Positions 21,629 through 32,691 of a stretch of DNA of 64,000 bases are shown here, one piece after another. The notes beneath the pieces are model-generated. The model worked only from the letters and a program-made list of their open reading frames with translations, did not search any database and was not told the DNA's origin. The DNA is from Rubrivivax sp. (lineage in GTDB: Bacteria; Pseudomonadota; Gammaproteobacteria; Burkholderiales; Burkholderiaceae_C), in NCBI GenBank assembly GCA_045864135.1, contig BTVT01000023.1, forward strand, positions 1,964 to 65,963, given 5' to 3'. A program made the position numbers and the translations under genes. Position 1 is the stretch's first letter. Every line of letters begins with the position of its first letter.

Positions 21629-22855
21629 ATGACTGAGGAGAGCGCTTTGGACGCCGACGTACTGGTGGTGGGCGCGGGCCCGGCGGGCCTGGCGCTGGGG
21701 GCTGCGCTCGGCGACCTGGGCCTGCGCGTGACGCTGCTCGAGCAGCAGCCGCTGGCGGCATTGCAGGAGCCGGCCGAGGACGGGCGAGAGATCGCGCTGA
21801 CCCATCGCGCGCGGCGCGCGATGACGACCCTCGGGCTGTGGCAGCACCTGGACGAGGGCGAGGTCTCGCCGCTGAACAAGGCGCACGTGATCGACGGCAG
21901 CTCGCCGCTGGTGCTGCACTTCGGCCAGCGCAGCGGCAGCGACGAAGGGCCGCTGGGCTGGCTCGTGCCCAACCACCTGATCCGCCGCGCCGCCTGGCGC
22001 GCGGCAGGCGAACGGGCAGGCGTGCAGGTGATCGCCGAGGCGCGCGTCGTCGGCATCGAGCGCGACGAGCAGGCCGCCCGCGTCAGCCTGGCCGACGGGC
22101 GGCGCCTGTCGGGCCGGCTGCTGGTGGCGGCCGACAGCCGCTTCTCGTCCATCCGCCGCATGGCCGGCATCGGCGCGGCGATGCACGACTTCGGCCGCAG
22201 CGTCGTCGTCGGCCGCGTGCGCCACGAGCGCGACAACGAGGGCGTGGCCTGGGAGTGCTTCCGCTACGGCAACACGCTGGCGATGCTGCCGCTGCTCGGC
22301 AACATCAGCTCGGCCGTGGTGACGGTGGGCAGCGAGCGTGCGCCCGAGTGGCTGGCACTCGCCGACGACGAATTCGCCGCGCGCATCCAGGCGCAGACCG
22401 AGGGGCGCCTGGGCGCGATGCAGGCCGCCGGGCCGCGCCACCACTACCCGCTGGTGGGCGTCTACGCGCAGCGCTTCGCGGCACCGCGCCTCGTCCTCGT
22501 CGGCGACGCCGCGGTCGGCATGCACCCGGTGACCGCGCACGGCTGGAACTTCGGCATCTACGGCGTGGAGCTGCTCGCGCGCGAACTCGGCGCCGTGCAT
22601 CGCCGCGGCGGCGACGTCGGCGCGCTGGCGCCGCTGCTCGCCTACGAACGCAAGCACCGCCTGCACACGCTGCCGATCTGGGCCGGAACGAACGCGATCG
22701 TCAGCCTCTTCACCGATGAGCGCCGCGTGCCCAGGCTCGCGCGCCGCGCGGTGCTGGCGCTGTCCGAACTCGCGCCGGGGCTGAACCGCGTCATCAAGGC
22801 GGGCATCGAGTACCAGCTCACCGGCGGGCGCAGCAGCCTGCAGCGCATGAACTAG
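21629..22855 (+). CDS. ubiM: UbiH/UbiM-family flavin hydroxylase (probably UbiM)
   Basis: GAGPAG, EDGREIALTH, AADSRFS, GDAAVGMHPVTAHGWN. Confidence 0.82.
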   Translation: MTEESALDADVLVVGAGPAGLALGAALGDLGLRVTLLEQQPLAALQEPAEDGREIALTHRARRAMTTLGLWQHLDEGEVSPLNKAHVIDGSSPLVLHFGQRSGSDEGPLGWLVPNHLIRRAAWRAAGERAGVQVIAEARVVGIERDEQAARVSLADGRRLSGRLLVAADSRFSSIRRMAGIGAAMHDFGRSVVVGRVRHERDNEGVAWECFRYGNTLAMLPLLGNISSAVVTVGSERAPEWLALADDEFAARIQAQTEGRLGAMQAAGPRHHYPLVGVYAQRFAAPRLVLVGDAAVGMHPVTAHGWNFGIYGVELLARELGAVHRRGGDVGALAPLLAYERKHRLHTLPIWAGTNAIVSLFTDERRVPRLARRAVLALSELAPGLNRVIKAGIEYQLTGGRSSLQRMN

Positions 22856-22981
22856 ATCCGTGACGCGCTCGTGCAGGCGCAGCGCGCGCGGCGTGCCGAG
22901 CGTGATGGCAAAGCGAGTGGAACCAGGAAGGCCGGTGGCGCTTGCGTAGCGGCAGGCGCAGGCTGCCTTCGCATCGGGTGC

Positions 22982-23090
22982 GCCATATCTGGCACGCAAA
23001 TAGAGATTGTGGGCCAGATATGGCCGTTATGACTTGCCATGTCGGCTGGTGATATGGCATGATTTGGCCTACTAACCCGCATAGCGGGTC
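22982..23090 (+). promoter_or_regulatory. Putative operator repeats of the second HTH-HipA module
   Basis: GCCATATCTGGC (22982-22993) and its exact reverse complement (23013-23024); ACCCGC-ata-GCGGGT at 23076-23090. Confidence 0.5.
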
Positions 23091-23094
23091 AAAT

Positions 23095-23427
23095 ATGGCC
23101 CATGAAGTCACCCAACTGCTTCCTCTGGAAGTTCTGAAGTCCGTCGAGTTGCTGGGCGAGCGCATCCGCACCGCCCGGCTGCGTCGGCGCTTGGGCATGG
23201 ACGAGCTGGCCAAAGCCTGCGGCATCGGCCGTCGCACGCTGTACCGCATCGAGAGCGGCGAGCCTGGCGTGGCGATCGGCTCCATGCTGGCGGTGCTGTG
23301 GAAACTCGGCTTGCTCGACACCGTTCGCGCGGTCGCCAGCCCGGACGACGATGAGCACGGGAAAATTCTCGAAGCGGCCCGGCGGCCGCAGCGCGTGCGT
23401 GTGCCCGCGTCCGACAACGACTTCTGA
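23095..23427 (+). CDS. XRE-family HTH antitoxin
   Basis: LGERIRTARLRRRLGMDELAKACGIGRRTLYRIESGEPGV. Confidence 0.87.
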   Translation: MAHEVTQLLPLEVLKSVELLGERIRTARLRRRLGMDELAKACGIGRRTLYRIESGEPGVAIGSMLAVLWKLGLLDTVRAVASPDDDEHGKILEAARRPQRVRVPASDNDF

Positions 23428-23439
23428 TACGGGGCACCC

Positions 23440-24714
23440 ATGGCTGCCCCAGAAGAATCCTGCTACGTCCATGTCCAGTTGCCCGGCTCCTTCGAGTGGG
23501 TGCCGTGCGCCTCGTTGAAAGTCCGTGAAGTCGGTGCCGGTGCGTTCCAGGGCACCTTCACCTACGGCAGGCGCTATCTCGAACGGCCGAACGTCATGGC
23601 GCTGGACCCTTTTCACCTGCCTCTTTCCGGAAAGCCGCTGTACTTCACGAAGCTCAAGGGCATTCCCGGCGCGCTGCGCGACGCCAGTCCCGACGCCTGG
23701 GGCCGCCGCATCATCCAGGCCCGTCTGGCACGGCCCGAGGCTGACCTCACCGAGATGGCGTACCTGCTCAACGGCCCCGACGATGGCGCCGGGAACCTGC
23801 GCTTCGGTCTTTCCGTCGAGCCCCCAGGCCCCGCGCGACCGTTCAACCGCACACACCAACTGCGAGCGCTCACCGAGGCCGCCGAACAACTGGAAGAGAC
23901 CGGCAAGCTGCCGCATGAGATTCTGGAGCGCCTGGAGCCCGGCACCAGCATGGGTGGCGCGCGTCCGAAGGTCACGGTGGAGGACCAGCAGCGCATCTAC
24001 CTGGCCAAGCTGCCCGAGAAGCGGGACCAGCACGACATGCAGCGCATCGAGTACGCCACGCTCGAGCTTGCCCGCGCGGCGGGCCTGCGCGTGTGCGGCA
24101 CCCGCCTGGAGTCCATCGGCAAGGCCGAGGCCCTGATGCTGCTGCGCTTCGACCGCGAGTGGAATCCAGACGCCCAGGCCTACGCACGCCACGGGCTGGT
24201 CTCCGGCCTCACGGTCCTGGACGCCGAAGACGGCTACACCGGCCGCGAACGTTGGTCCTATCGCCTGCTGGCCGACGAACTGCGCCGGTGGTCCGTCAAG
24301 CCCGACGAGGACCGGCGCGAGCTGTTCATGCGCATGGCCTTCAACGCGATGGTGACCAACAACGACGATCACCCGCGCAACCACGCCCTGTTGCACACCT
24401 CTTCCGGTTGGCGACTCTCGCCGGCCTACGACATCGTGCCGGTTCCACTCGTGTCGCAGGAGCGCCGCGACCTGGCGCTGGAAGCCGGGCGATTCGGTCG
24501 TGTGGCCAGCCTCTACAACCTGTTGTCGGACTGCGGTGCCTTCGGGCTGTCCACCCAGGAAGCCCAGGCGCTCATCGACAACATGCTCAGCGTCGTCAAG
24601 GGTTGGCGCGAGTTCTTCGCCGGACACAACGTGGAAGCCCGCTCCATCGACATGCTGGAGCAGGCCATCCTGCCGGACTGCTTCTACCGCACCGAGCCCG
24701 TCGCGGCGCCTTGA
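23440..24714 (+). CDS. hipA: HipA-family kinase toxin (second, divergent copy)
   Basis: DASPDAWGRR, TSMGGARPK, RFDR, NNDDHPRNH, LSPAYD. Confidence 0.9.
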   Translation: MAAPEESCYVHVQLPGSFEWVPCASLKVREVGAGAFQGTFTYGRRYLERPNVMALDPFHLPLSGKPLYFTKLKGIPGALRDASPDAWGRRIIQARLARPEADLTEMAYLLNGPDDGAGNLRFGLSVEPPGPARPFNRTHQLRALTEAAEQLEETGKLPHEILERLEPGTSMGGARPKVTVEDQQRIYLAKLPEKRDQHDMQRIEYATLELARAAGLRVCGTRLESIGKAEALMLLRFDREWNPDAQAYARHGLVSGLTVLDAEDGYTGRERWSYRLLADELRRWSVKPDEDRRELFMRMAFNAMVTNNDDHPRNHALLHTSSGWRLSPAYDIVPVPLVSQERRDLALEAGRFGRVASLYNLLSDCGAFGLSTQEAQALIDNMLSVVKGWREFFAGHNVEARSIDMLEQAILPDCFYRTEPVAAP

Positions 24715-24810
24715 CAGTCAGCGCGTTGAACAAAGCTCGCCTGGGGATCGCTCGAGGTCGCACAGGGGCGCTGCAGTGCTGGAGGAAGGCACGGTGGCGC
24801 ATGCCGCCAG

Positions 24811-26211
<1,401 letters not shown>

Positions 26212-26241
26212 GGCGTGGACCTCTTTCTACCGCTCGGTTCG

Positions 26242-26341
26242 CTCCCTCGCCCCGCTTGCGGGGAAAGGGTGGGGTGAGGGGCGGTGCGGCGGCATGCCTG
26301 CACCCTCACCCCCACCCTCTCCCGCCGGGCGGGAGAGGGAG
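26242..26341. repeat. Inverted pair of REP-like palindromic elements
   Basis: CCCTCACCCCCACCCTCTCCCGC-CGG-GCGGGAGAGGG (26303-26339) and an inverted degenerate copy (26242-26281). Confidence 0.8.
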
Positions 26342-26349
26342 TCTTCGCC

Positions 26350-27405
26350 TCAGCGCAGTGCGGCGTTGATCTTCTCGAGCGCTGCGCGGCCCGGGCAGAG
26401 CTCGGCGTCCTGCAGCGCGTTGAGCGGGCGCTGCACGGTGTTCAGCGCGGCGTGCAGGTCGCGCGGCTCGGGGTCGACGTAGAGCAGGCCTGTCGCGATC
26501 TCGCCCTGCTCGGCCAGTTGCTGCACCAGGTTCATCGCCGCGCGGCGGTCGCTCGGGTCGTAGCCTTCGTGCAGCTTGCGCAGGCGCATCACGCTGCCGT
26601 CGGCCTGCGGCAGCTCGAGCACCTCGTCGGGCGCAGGCTCGGCGATCACCTCCTTGGCGAGGTCGATGAAGTCGATGCGGCCCACCGCCTCGTTGTGCGC
26701 GCGCACGTGGTCGTAGCTGCGCGTGCTGCCGGCGTGATTGTTGAAGGCCACGCAGGGGCTGATGACGTCGAGCAGCGCCGCGCCACCGTGCGCGATCGCG
26801 CCCTTGATCAGCGGCACGAGCTGCGCCTTGTCGCCCGAGAAGCCACGCGCGACATAGGTGGCGCCCAGCTGCAAGGCCATGCCGATCAGGTCGACCGGGT
26901 TCTCGGTGTTCTCGACCCCCTTCTTGCTCTTGCTGCCGCGGTCGGCGGTGGCGCTGAACTGGCCCTTGGTGAGGCCGTAGACGCCGTTGTTCTCGACGAT
27001 GTAGACCATGCGCACGCCGCGGCGCATGGCGTGCGCGAACTGGCCCAGACCGATCGAGGCCGAGTCGCCGTCGCCGCTGATGCCGAGGTAGAGCAGTTCG
27101 CGGTTGGCCAGAGCCGCGCCGGTGAGGACGCTGGGCATGCGGCCGTGCACCGTGTTGAAGCCGTGGCTGGCGCCGAGGAAGTAGTCCGGCGTCTTGCTGC
27201 TGCAGCCTATGCCCGAGAGCTTGGCGACGCGGTGCGGCTGGATGTCCAGCTCCCAGCAGGCCTGCACGATGGCGGCACTCACGCTGTCGTGGCCGCAGCC
27301 CGCGCACAGCGTGCTGACCTTGCCCTCGTAGTCGCGCCGCGTGTAGCCGACCTTGTTGCGCGTGAGCGAGGGGTGGCGCAGCCGCGGCTTGGCGATGTAG
27401 GTCAT
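26350..27405 (-). CDS. 2-oxoacid:ferredoxin oxidoreductase beta subunit
   Basis: STLCAGCGH, SGIGCSS, HGR, GDGDSASIG, NNGVYGLTKGQFS. Confidence 0.92.
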   Translation of the reverse strand: MTYIAKPRLRHPSLTRNKVGYTRRDYEGKVSTLCAGCGHDSVSAAIVQACWELDIQPHRVAKLSGIGCSSKTPDYFLGASHGFNTVHGRMPSVLTGAALANRELLYLGISGDGDSASIGLGQFAHAMRRGVRMVYIVENNGVYGLTKGQFSATADRGSKSKKGVENTENPVDLIGMALQLGATYVARGFSGDKAQLVPLIKGAIAHGGAALLDVISPCVAFNNHAGSTRSYDHVRAHNEAVGRIDFIDLAKEVIAEPAPDEVLELPQADGSVMRLRKLHEGYDPSDRRAAMNLVQQLAEQGEIATGLLYVDPEPRDLHAALNTVQRPLNALQDAELCPGRAALEKINAALR

Positions 27406-29261
27406 GTCGTCGTCCTTTCGCGGCGCGGCGCCACGGCCAGCGCGTGCACGTGCTCGACGATGGCCTCGGTGATGAAGCGCGCGGTGATCGGCGTGCCGTC
27501 GAAGTGCAGCACCTTGACCAGGCGCTCGGGGTCGATCTCGAGTTCGTTGACCAGCAACGAGCGCATCTGCGCGTCGCGGTTCTGCTCGACGACGAAGACG
27601 TGGTCGTGCCCGGCGATGAAGTCGACGACCGACTGCGGGAAGGGGAAGGCCTTGAGCCGCATCGCGTCGAGGAAGATGCCTTGCGTGGCCAGGCGCGCCA
27701 GCGCCTCCGCCATCGCCGGCGCCGTGCTGCCGAAGTGGATCACGCCAAGCCGCGTCTTCTTCGCCGCGGGCTGCAGCTCGGGCTGCGGCACGAGCGTGGC
27801 CGCGGTCTCGAACTTCTTCAGCAGCCGCTCGACGTTGTAGACGTAGTCGGGGCCGGCCTCGCTGTAGACCGCGTAGGGGTTGCGCGTCGTGCCGCGGGTG
27901 AAGTAGCTGCCCTTGCTCGGGTGCGTGCCCGGCAGCGTGCGCCATGGGATGCCGTCGCCGTCGACATCCTTGTAGCGGCCGAAGTCGAAGCCGGCCTCGA
28001 GCTGCTCGGCGCTCAGCAGCTTGCCGCGGTCCATGCGCCGCGCGTCGTCCCAGGCAAAGGGCTTGCACAGCCGCTGGTTCATGCCGATGTCGAGGTCGGT
28101 CATCACGAACACCGGCGTCTGCAGCCGGTCGGCCAGGTCGAGCGCGGCGGCCGCGTACTCGAAGCACTCGCCCGGATCCTGCGGCAGCAGCATCACGTGC
28201 TTGGTGTCGCCGTGGCTGGCGTAGGCGCAGCTGATCAGGTCGGCCTGCTGCGTGCGCGTGGGCATGCCGGTGCTCGGGCCGCCGCGCTGCACGTTGATGA
28301 TGGTCGCCGGGATCTCGGCGAAGTAGGCGAGGCCTATGAACTCGGTCATCAGGCTCACGCCCGGGCCGCTGGTCGCGGTGAAGGCGCGCGCGCCGTTCCA
28401 GCCCGCGCCGGTGACGATACCGATGGCGGCGATCTCGTCCTCGGCCTGCACGATGGCGTAGCGCGCTTCGCCGGTCTCTGGGTCATGCCGCAGCCGCTTG
28501 CAGTAGCTCGTGAAGGCCTCGGCCACCGAGGTGCTGGGGGTCAGCGGATACCAGGCGCAGACGCTTGCGCCGCCGTAGACGGCGCCGAGCGCCGCAGCGC
28601 TGTTGCCGTCGACGAAGATGCGCTCGCCCACGGTGTCGGCGCGCCGCACCTTCAGGCCGATGCCCGGGTGGCGCGGCGGCTGCAGGTGGTCCTTGGCGAA
28701 GCCGCGGCCGGACTGCAGCGCGCGCAGGTTGCTCTCCAGCAGCCGTTCCTTGCCCTTGTACTGCTCGGCCAGCAGCTCCTCGAGCACCTGCGCGTCGATG
28801 TCCATCAGCGCCGAGAGCGCGCCCAGCACCATGATGTTCTTGAACAGCGTGCGCTGGCGCGGGTCCTCGTAGGTGGCGTTGCAGATCGCCGTGACCGGCA
28901 TGCCGATCACCGTGATGTCGCGACGGAACGCGCTCTCGGGCATCGGGCGCGTGCTGTCGTAGAACAGGTAGCCGCCGGGCTCGATCTCGGCGAGGTCGCG
29001 CTCCCAGGTCTGCGGGTTCATCGCCACCATCATGTCGACGCCGCCGCGCCGGCCCAGCCACCCCTCCTGCGAGACGCGCACCTCGTACCAGGTCGGCAGC
29101 CCCTGGATGTTGCTCGGGAAGATGTTGCGCGGGCTCACCGGCACGCCGGTGCGCAGGATGGCCTTGGCGAAGAGCTCGTTGGCCGAGGCCGAGCCCGAGC
29201 CGTTGACGTTGGCGAACTTGACGACGAAGTCGTTGACGGCCTCGATGCGGTTGATCGTCAT
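27402..29261 (-). CDS. 2-oxoacid:ferredoxin oxidoreductase alpha(-gamma) subunit
   Basis: NVNGSGSAS, YPLTPST, EDEIAA, ATSGPG, QRGGPSTGMPT. Confidence 0.92.
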   Translation of the reverse strand: MTINRIEAVNDFVVKFANVNGSGSASANELFAKAILRTGVPVSPRNIFPSNIQGLPTWYEVRVSQEGWLGRRGGVDMMVAMNPQTWERDLAEIEPGGYLFYDSTRPMPESAFRRDITVIGMPVTAICNATYEDPRQRTLFKNIMVLGALSALMDIDAQVLEELLAEQYKGKERLLESNLRALQSGRGFAKDHLQPPRHPGIGLKVRRADTVGERIFVDGNSAAALGAVYGGASVCAWYPLTPSTSVAEAFTSYCKRLRHDPETGEARYAIVQAEDEIAAIGIVTGAGWNGARAFTATSGPGVSLMTEFIGLAYFAEIPATIINVQRGGPSTGMPTRTQQADLISCAYASHGDTKHVMLLPQDPGECFEYAAAALDLADRLQTPVFVMTDLDIGMNQRLCKPFAWDDARRMDRGKLLSAEQLEAGFDFGRYKDVDGDGIPWRTLPGTHPSKGSYFTRGTTRNPYAVYSEAGPDYVYNVERLLKKFETAATLVPQPELQPAAKKTRLGVIHFGSTAPAMAEALARLATQGIFLDAMRLKAFPFPQSVVDFIAGHDHVFVVEQNRDAQMRSLLVNELEIDPERLVKVLHFDGTPITARFITEAIVEHVHALAVAPRRERTTT

Positions 29262-31096
29262 GTACCGGCTCCCACGCGCTTGTTCGCGGGCGTGCTGTCG
29301 CGGCAGGCCGGGCCCGCCTTGGGGGTGATGAGCAGGAACTTCTGCATGTCCCAGGCGCCGGTGGGGCAGCGCTCGGCGCACAGGCTGCAGTGCAGGCAGA
29401 CGTCTTCGTCCTTGACCATCACGCGCGTGGTCTTCAGCGGCCCGCTGACGTACAAGGCTTGGTCGAGGTTCTGCGCCGGGGCCTTCAGCCTCGTGCGCAG
29501 GTCGTCCTCGTCGCCGTTGTGGGTGAAGGTGATGCAGTCCATCGGGCAGATGTCGACGCAGGCGTCGCACTCGATGCACAGGCGGTCGGTGAACACCGTC
29601 TGCACGTCGCAGTTGAGGCAGCGCTGAGCCTCCTTCCACGCCGTCTCGAGGTCGAAGCCGAGCTCGACCTCGACCTGCATGCTGGTGAGCGTCTGCTCGG
29701 CCGGCGCCCACGGCACCTTGAAGCGCATGTCGTTGGTCGGCGCGTTGTCGTAGCTCCACTCGTGGATGCCCATCTTCTGCGACACCAGATTGGTGTAGGG
29801 CGGCGGGCGCTTGGCGACGTCCTCGTCGTGGCAGAAGCGGTCGATCGACACCGCGGCCTCGTGCGCCTGCGCCACCGCCGTGATGATGTTCTTCGGCCCG
29901 AGCGCCGCGTCACCGGCGAAGAAGACGCGCGGCAGCGTCGACTGGAAGCTCGTTTCGTCGAGCACGGGCAGACCCCAGCGGTTGAACTCGATGCCGGCGT
30001 CGCGCTCGATCCATGGGAAAGCGTTCTCCTGGCCGACGGCGATCAGCACCTCGTCGCAGGGCAATTCGACATCCGGCGCGCCGGTGGGAACGAGGCTGCG
30101 CTGCCCCTTCTCGTCGTAGCGCGCCTCGACGATCTGGAAGCGCATCGCCACCAGCCGCCCGCCCTCGTGCACGAAGGCCAGCGGCACGTGGAAGTCGAGG
30201 ATGGGGATGCCTTCGTGCATCGCGTCCTCCTTCTCCCAGGGGCTGGCCTTCATCTCCGCGAAGCCGCTGCGCACGACGACCTTCACGTCCTCGGCACCCA
30301 GGCGCCGCGCGCTGCGGCAGCAATCCATCGCCGTGTTGCCGCCGCCGAGCACGAGCACGCGCCTGCCGACCGACTTCACGTGCCCGAAGGAGACCGAGGC
30401 CAGCCACTCGATGCCGACGTGGATGTGCCCAGCCGCCTCCTGCCGGCCCGGGATCTGCAGGTCGCGCCCGCGCGGCGCGCCGCTGCCGACGAAGATCGCG
30501 TCCCAGTCCTCGGCCAGCAGTGCCTTCAAGGAATCGATGCGCTGGCCCGCGCGCAGCTCGACGCCCAGGCCCAGGATGGTGCCGACCTCCTCGTCGATCA
30601 CGCTCTCGGGCAGGCGAAAGCGCGGGATCTGGCTCCACATGAAGCCGCCGGCCTTCTTCTCCGCCTCGAACACGGTCACCGCGTAGCCCTGCAGCGCGAG
30701 ATCGCGCGCGACGGTCAGGCTCGCCGGCCCGCCGCCGACGCAGACCACGCGCTTGCCGTTGCGCGGCTCGGGGCGCGGGATCATCGCGCGGATCTCCTGC
30801 CCCTTGAAGTCGGCGGCCACGCGCTTGAGCCGGCAGATCGCCACCGGCTCGGGCTTGCCGAGGTTCTTCTCCTCGACGCGCGAACGCCGGCACGCCGGCT
30901 CGCAGGGCCGGTCGCAGGTGCGGCCGAGGATGCCCGGGAAGACGTTGGCGACCCAGTTCACCATGTAGGCGGCGTCATAACGCCCCTGGGCGATCAACCG
31001 GATGTACTCCGGCACGGGGGTGTGGGCAGGGCAGGCCCACTGGCAATCGACGACCTTGTGGAAATAGGCCGGGTCGGACACATTGGTCGGCTGCAC
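29258..31096 (-). CDS. GltD-like FAD/NAD(P) oxidoreductase with N-terminal Fe-S and C-terminal 2x[4Fe-4S] domains
   Basis: CQWACP, CDRPCEPAC, GGGPA, GGGNTAMD, CIECDACVDICP, CLHCSLCAERCP; GTG start after AAGGAG. Confidence 0.88.
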   Translation of the reverse strand: MQPTNVSDPAYFHKVVDCQWACPAHTPVPEYIRLIAQGRYDAAYMVNWVANVFPGILGRTCDRPCEPACRRSRVEEKNLGKPEPVAICRLKRVAADFKGQEIRAMIPRPEPRNGKRVVCVGGGPASLTVARDLALQGYAVTVFEAEKKAGGFMWSQIPRFRLPESVIDEEVGTILGLGVELRAGQRIDSLKALLAEDWDAIFVGSGAPRGRDLQIPGRQEAAGHIHVGIEWLASVSFGHVKSVGRRVLVLGGGNTAMDCCRSARRLGAEDVKVVVRSGFAEMKASPWEKEDAMHEGIPILDFHVPLAFVHEGGRLVAMRFQIVEARYDEKGQRSLVPTGAPDVELPCDEVLIAVGQENAFPWIERDAGIEFNRWGLPVLDETSFQSTLPRVFFAGDAALGPKNIITAVAQAHEAAVSIDRFCHDEDVAKRPPPYTNLVSQKMGIHEWSYDNAPTNDMRFKVPWAPAEQTLTSMQVEVELGFDLETAWKEAQRCLNCDVQTVFTDRLCIECDACVDICPMDCITFTHNGDEDDLRTRLKAPAQNLDQALYVSGPLKTTRVMVKDEDVCLHCSLCAERCPTGAWDMQKFLLITPKAGPACRDSTPANKRVGAGT

Positions 31097-31360
31097 GGGC
31101 TTGGCTCTCCTTGCGGTCTCCCCGCAGCGCACCGCAGCCCTGCCCCGCCCGAGGGCCCGGGCCGCGCGCACGCCGCGATGCGTGCAGGTCAGTCTATGCC
31201 AGCCCCCAGGGGGTCGATACCGGGTCAAACCATGCGGCCGGGCGGGGCATGGCGCGCGCCGATCCGACCGGGTCGAACATGCCCCCGAAGTCGCCATGCT
31301 GCCCGCGGTGATGCCGCTGCCGACCGTCGACCCTGGGCTTACCATGGTCCAAGGGTGGTC

Positions 31361-31389
31361 TTGACCATATGTACGCTTTATCGTACGCC
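31361..31389 (+). promoter_or_regulatory. yefM-yoeB-type promoter/operator
   Basis: TTGACC at 31361; two GTAC cores at 31371 and 31383, 12 bp apart, as in YefM TGTACA-type operators. Confidence 0.5.
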
Positions 31390-31434
31390 TTGGGGCGCCC
31401 TACCCCCCCTCTTCTACTCTCGAAGCTCAATCGG

Positions 31435-31677
31435 ATGACCACACTGACCGCCAGCGAAGCTCGTGCGAACCTGTATCGCCTGATCGATCAAGCCGCGCAA
31501 TCGCACAAGCCGGTATTCATCTCGGGCAAGAGACAGTCCGCGGTTCTTGTGTCCGAAGAAGACTGGAACGCAATCCAGGAAACGCTGTTCCTGCTCTCCG
31601 TGCCCGGCATGCGGGAGTCCATCAAGGAGGCCATGGCCGAGCCTTTGAGCGAAAGCTCGAAGGAGCTCGACTGGTGA
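31435..31677 (+). CDS. yefM: Phd/YefM-family antitoxin
   Basis: TASEARANLYRLID...AVLVSEEDWNAIQETLFLLSVPGM. Confidence 0.92.
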   Translation: MTTLTASEARANLYRLIDQAAQSHKPVFISGKRQSAVLVSEEDWNAIQETLFLLSVPGMRESIKEAMAEPLSESSKELDW

Positions 31678-31937
31678 GCTGGACGATCGTCTATTCGGAG
31701 CATGCACAGAAGGATGCCAGGAAGCTCGCTGCCGCAGGCCTGCGCGACAAGGCGCAGGAGTTGCTGAGCTTGATCGCGAACGATCCCTTTCAGCACCCGC
31801 CCTCGTTCGAAAAGCCGGTCGGTGATCTTCAAGGCGCCTTTTCGCGCCGGATCAACATTCAGCACAGGCTGGTCTACGAGATCTTCGTCGAGGAGCGCAC
31901 CGTCAGGGTTCTGCGCATGTGGACGCACTACGAGTAG
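31674..31937 (+). CDS. yoeB: Txe/YoeB-family mRNase toxin
   Basis: EKPVGDLQGAFSRRINIQHRLVY, C-terminal WTHYE; GTGA overlap. Confidence 0.92.
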   Translation: MSWTIVYSEHAQKDARKLAAAGLRDKAQELLSLIANDPFQHPPSFEKPVGDLQGAFSRRINIQHRLVYEIFVEERTVRVLRMWTHYE

Positions 31938-31999
31938 CGAGACCTGGTGCCACTCGTCGTCAGTGATGACATTCGGCACACGCTTGCTATGATTCGAGG

Positions 32000-32287
32000 A
32001 TGAGGCCCTTCAGGTGGTCGGCTGAGAAGAATGCCCTGCTCGAGGCCGAACGCGGGATCTCCTTTGAAGAGATCACGGTTGCCGTGGAAGCCGGTGCGCT
32101 GCTCGAGCTTGTGCCGCACCCAAACCCGAAGAAGTACCCTCGGCAGAAGGTCATGGTCGTGGAAGTCGCCGGATACGCCTACCTGGTGCCCTTCGTCGAG
32201 GAAGGCGACCACTTCTTCCTGAAGACGATCATCCCCAGCCGCAAGGCCACCCGAGACCTCATCGCCAAGGAGTCGGACGATGTCTAA
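32000..32287 (+). CDS. BrnT-like (DUF497-type) toxin
   Basis: FRWSAEKN...ERGISFEEI, HPN...YP, LKTIIPSRKAT. Confidence 0.8.
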   Translation: MRPFRWSAEKNALLEAERGISFEEITVAVEAGALLELVPHPNPKKYPRQKVMVVEVAGYAYLVPFVEEGDHFFLKTIIPSRKATRDLIAKESDDV

Positions 32288-32594
32288 GCTGGATCCTTAC
32301 GAGCTCGAAGTCCTCCAGGCCTACGAATCGGGCAAGCTCAAGCCCAGCGCGGGCAAGGCCGAACTTCAACGCCTGCGCGCCGCGGCGCGAGCGACCGCGA
32401 TCAAGGACAAGCGCGTCAATATCCGCCTGTCGTCGGTGGATCTTCAGGACATCCAGGCCCGGGCACTCGAAGAAGGGATGCCGTATCAGACCCTGATCGC
32501 AAGCGTCCTGCACAAGTACGTCACGGGCAGGCTGTCCGAGAGCCGGCCGCCTGCAGCAGGTGCAAAGCGGCGTCACACTCCTCGCTCGAGCTGA
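32280..32594 (+). CDS. Partner antitoxin (C-terminal RHH/CopG-like)
   Basis: KDKRVNIRLS...GMPYQTLIASVLHKY; overlaps the toxin stop. Confidence 0.78.
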   Translation: MSKLDPYELEVLQAYESGKLKPSAGKAELQRLRAAARATAIKDKRVNIRLSSVDLQDIQARALEEGMPYQTLIASVLHKYVTGRLSESRPPAAGAKRRHTPRSS

Positions 32595-32691
32595 CGCGTG
32601 ACGGCAAGGCTGCCCGAGGGTCGCGGTGCGCTTCAGCCCGCTGGTGCGAGCTGGAACACGCGCAAGGCCTTGTCGCGCCACCCTCCCTCCA

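Noticed and set aside
22856-22960. Protein-like frame IRDALVQAQRARRAERDGK right after the ubiM stop (possible gene remnant)
   Set aside because: No start codon or recognisable motif; too short to support without a homology search.
31435-32594. Tandem TA pairs as integron cassettes
   Set aside because: No attC-like RYYYAAC...GTTRRRY structure between or around them, and no intI.
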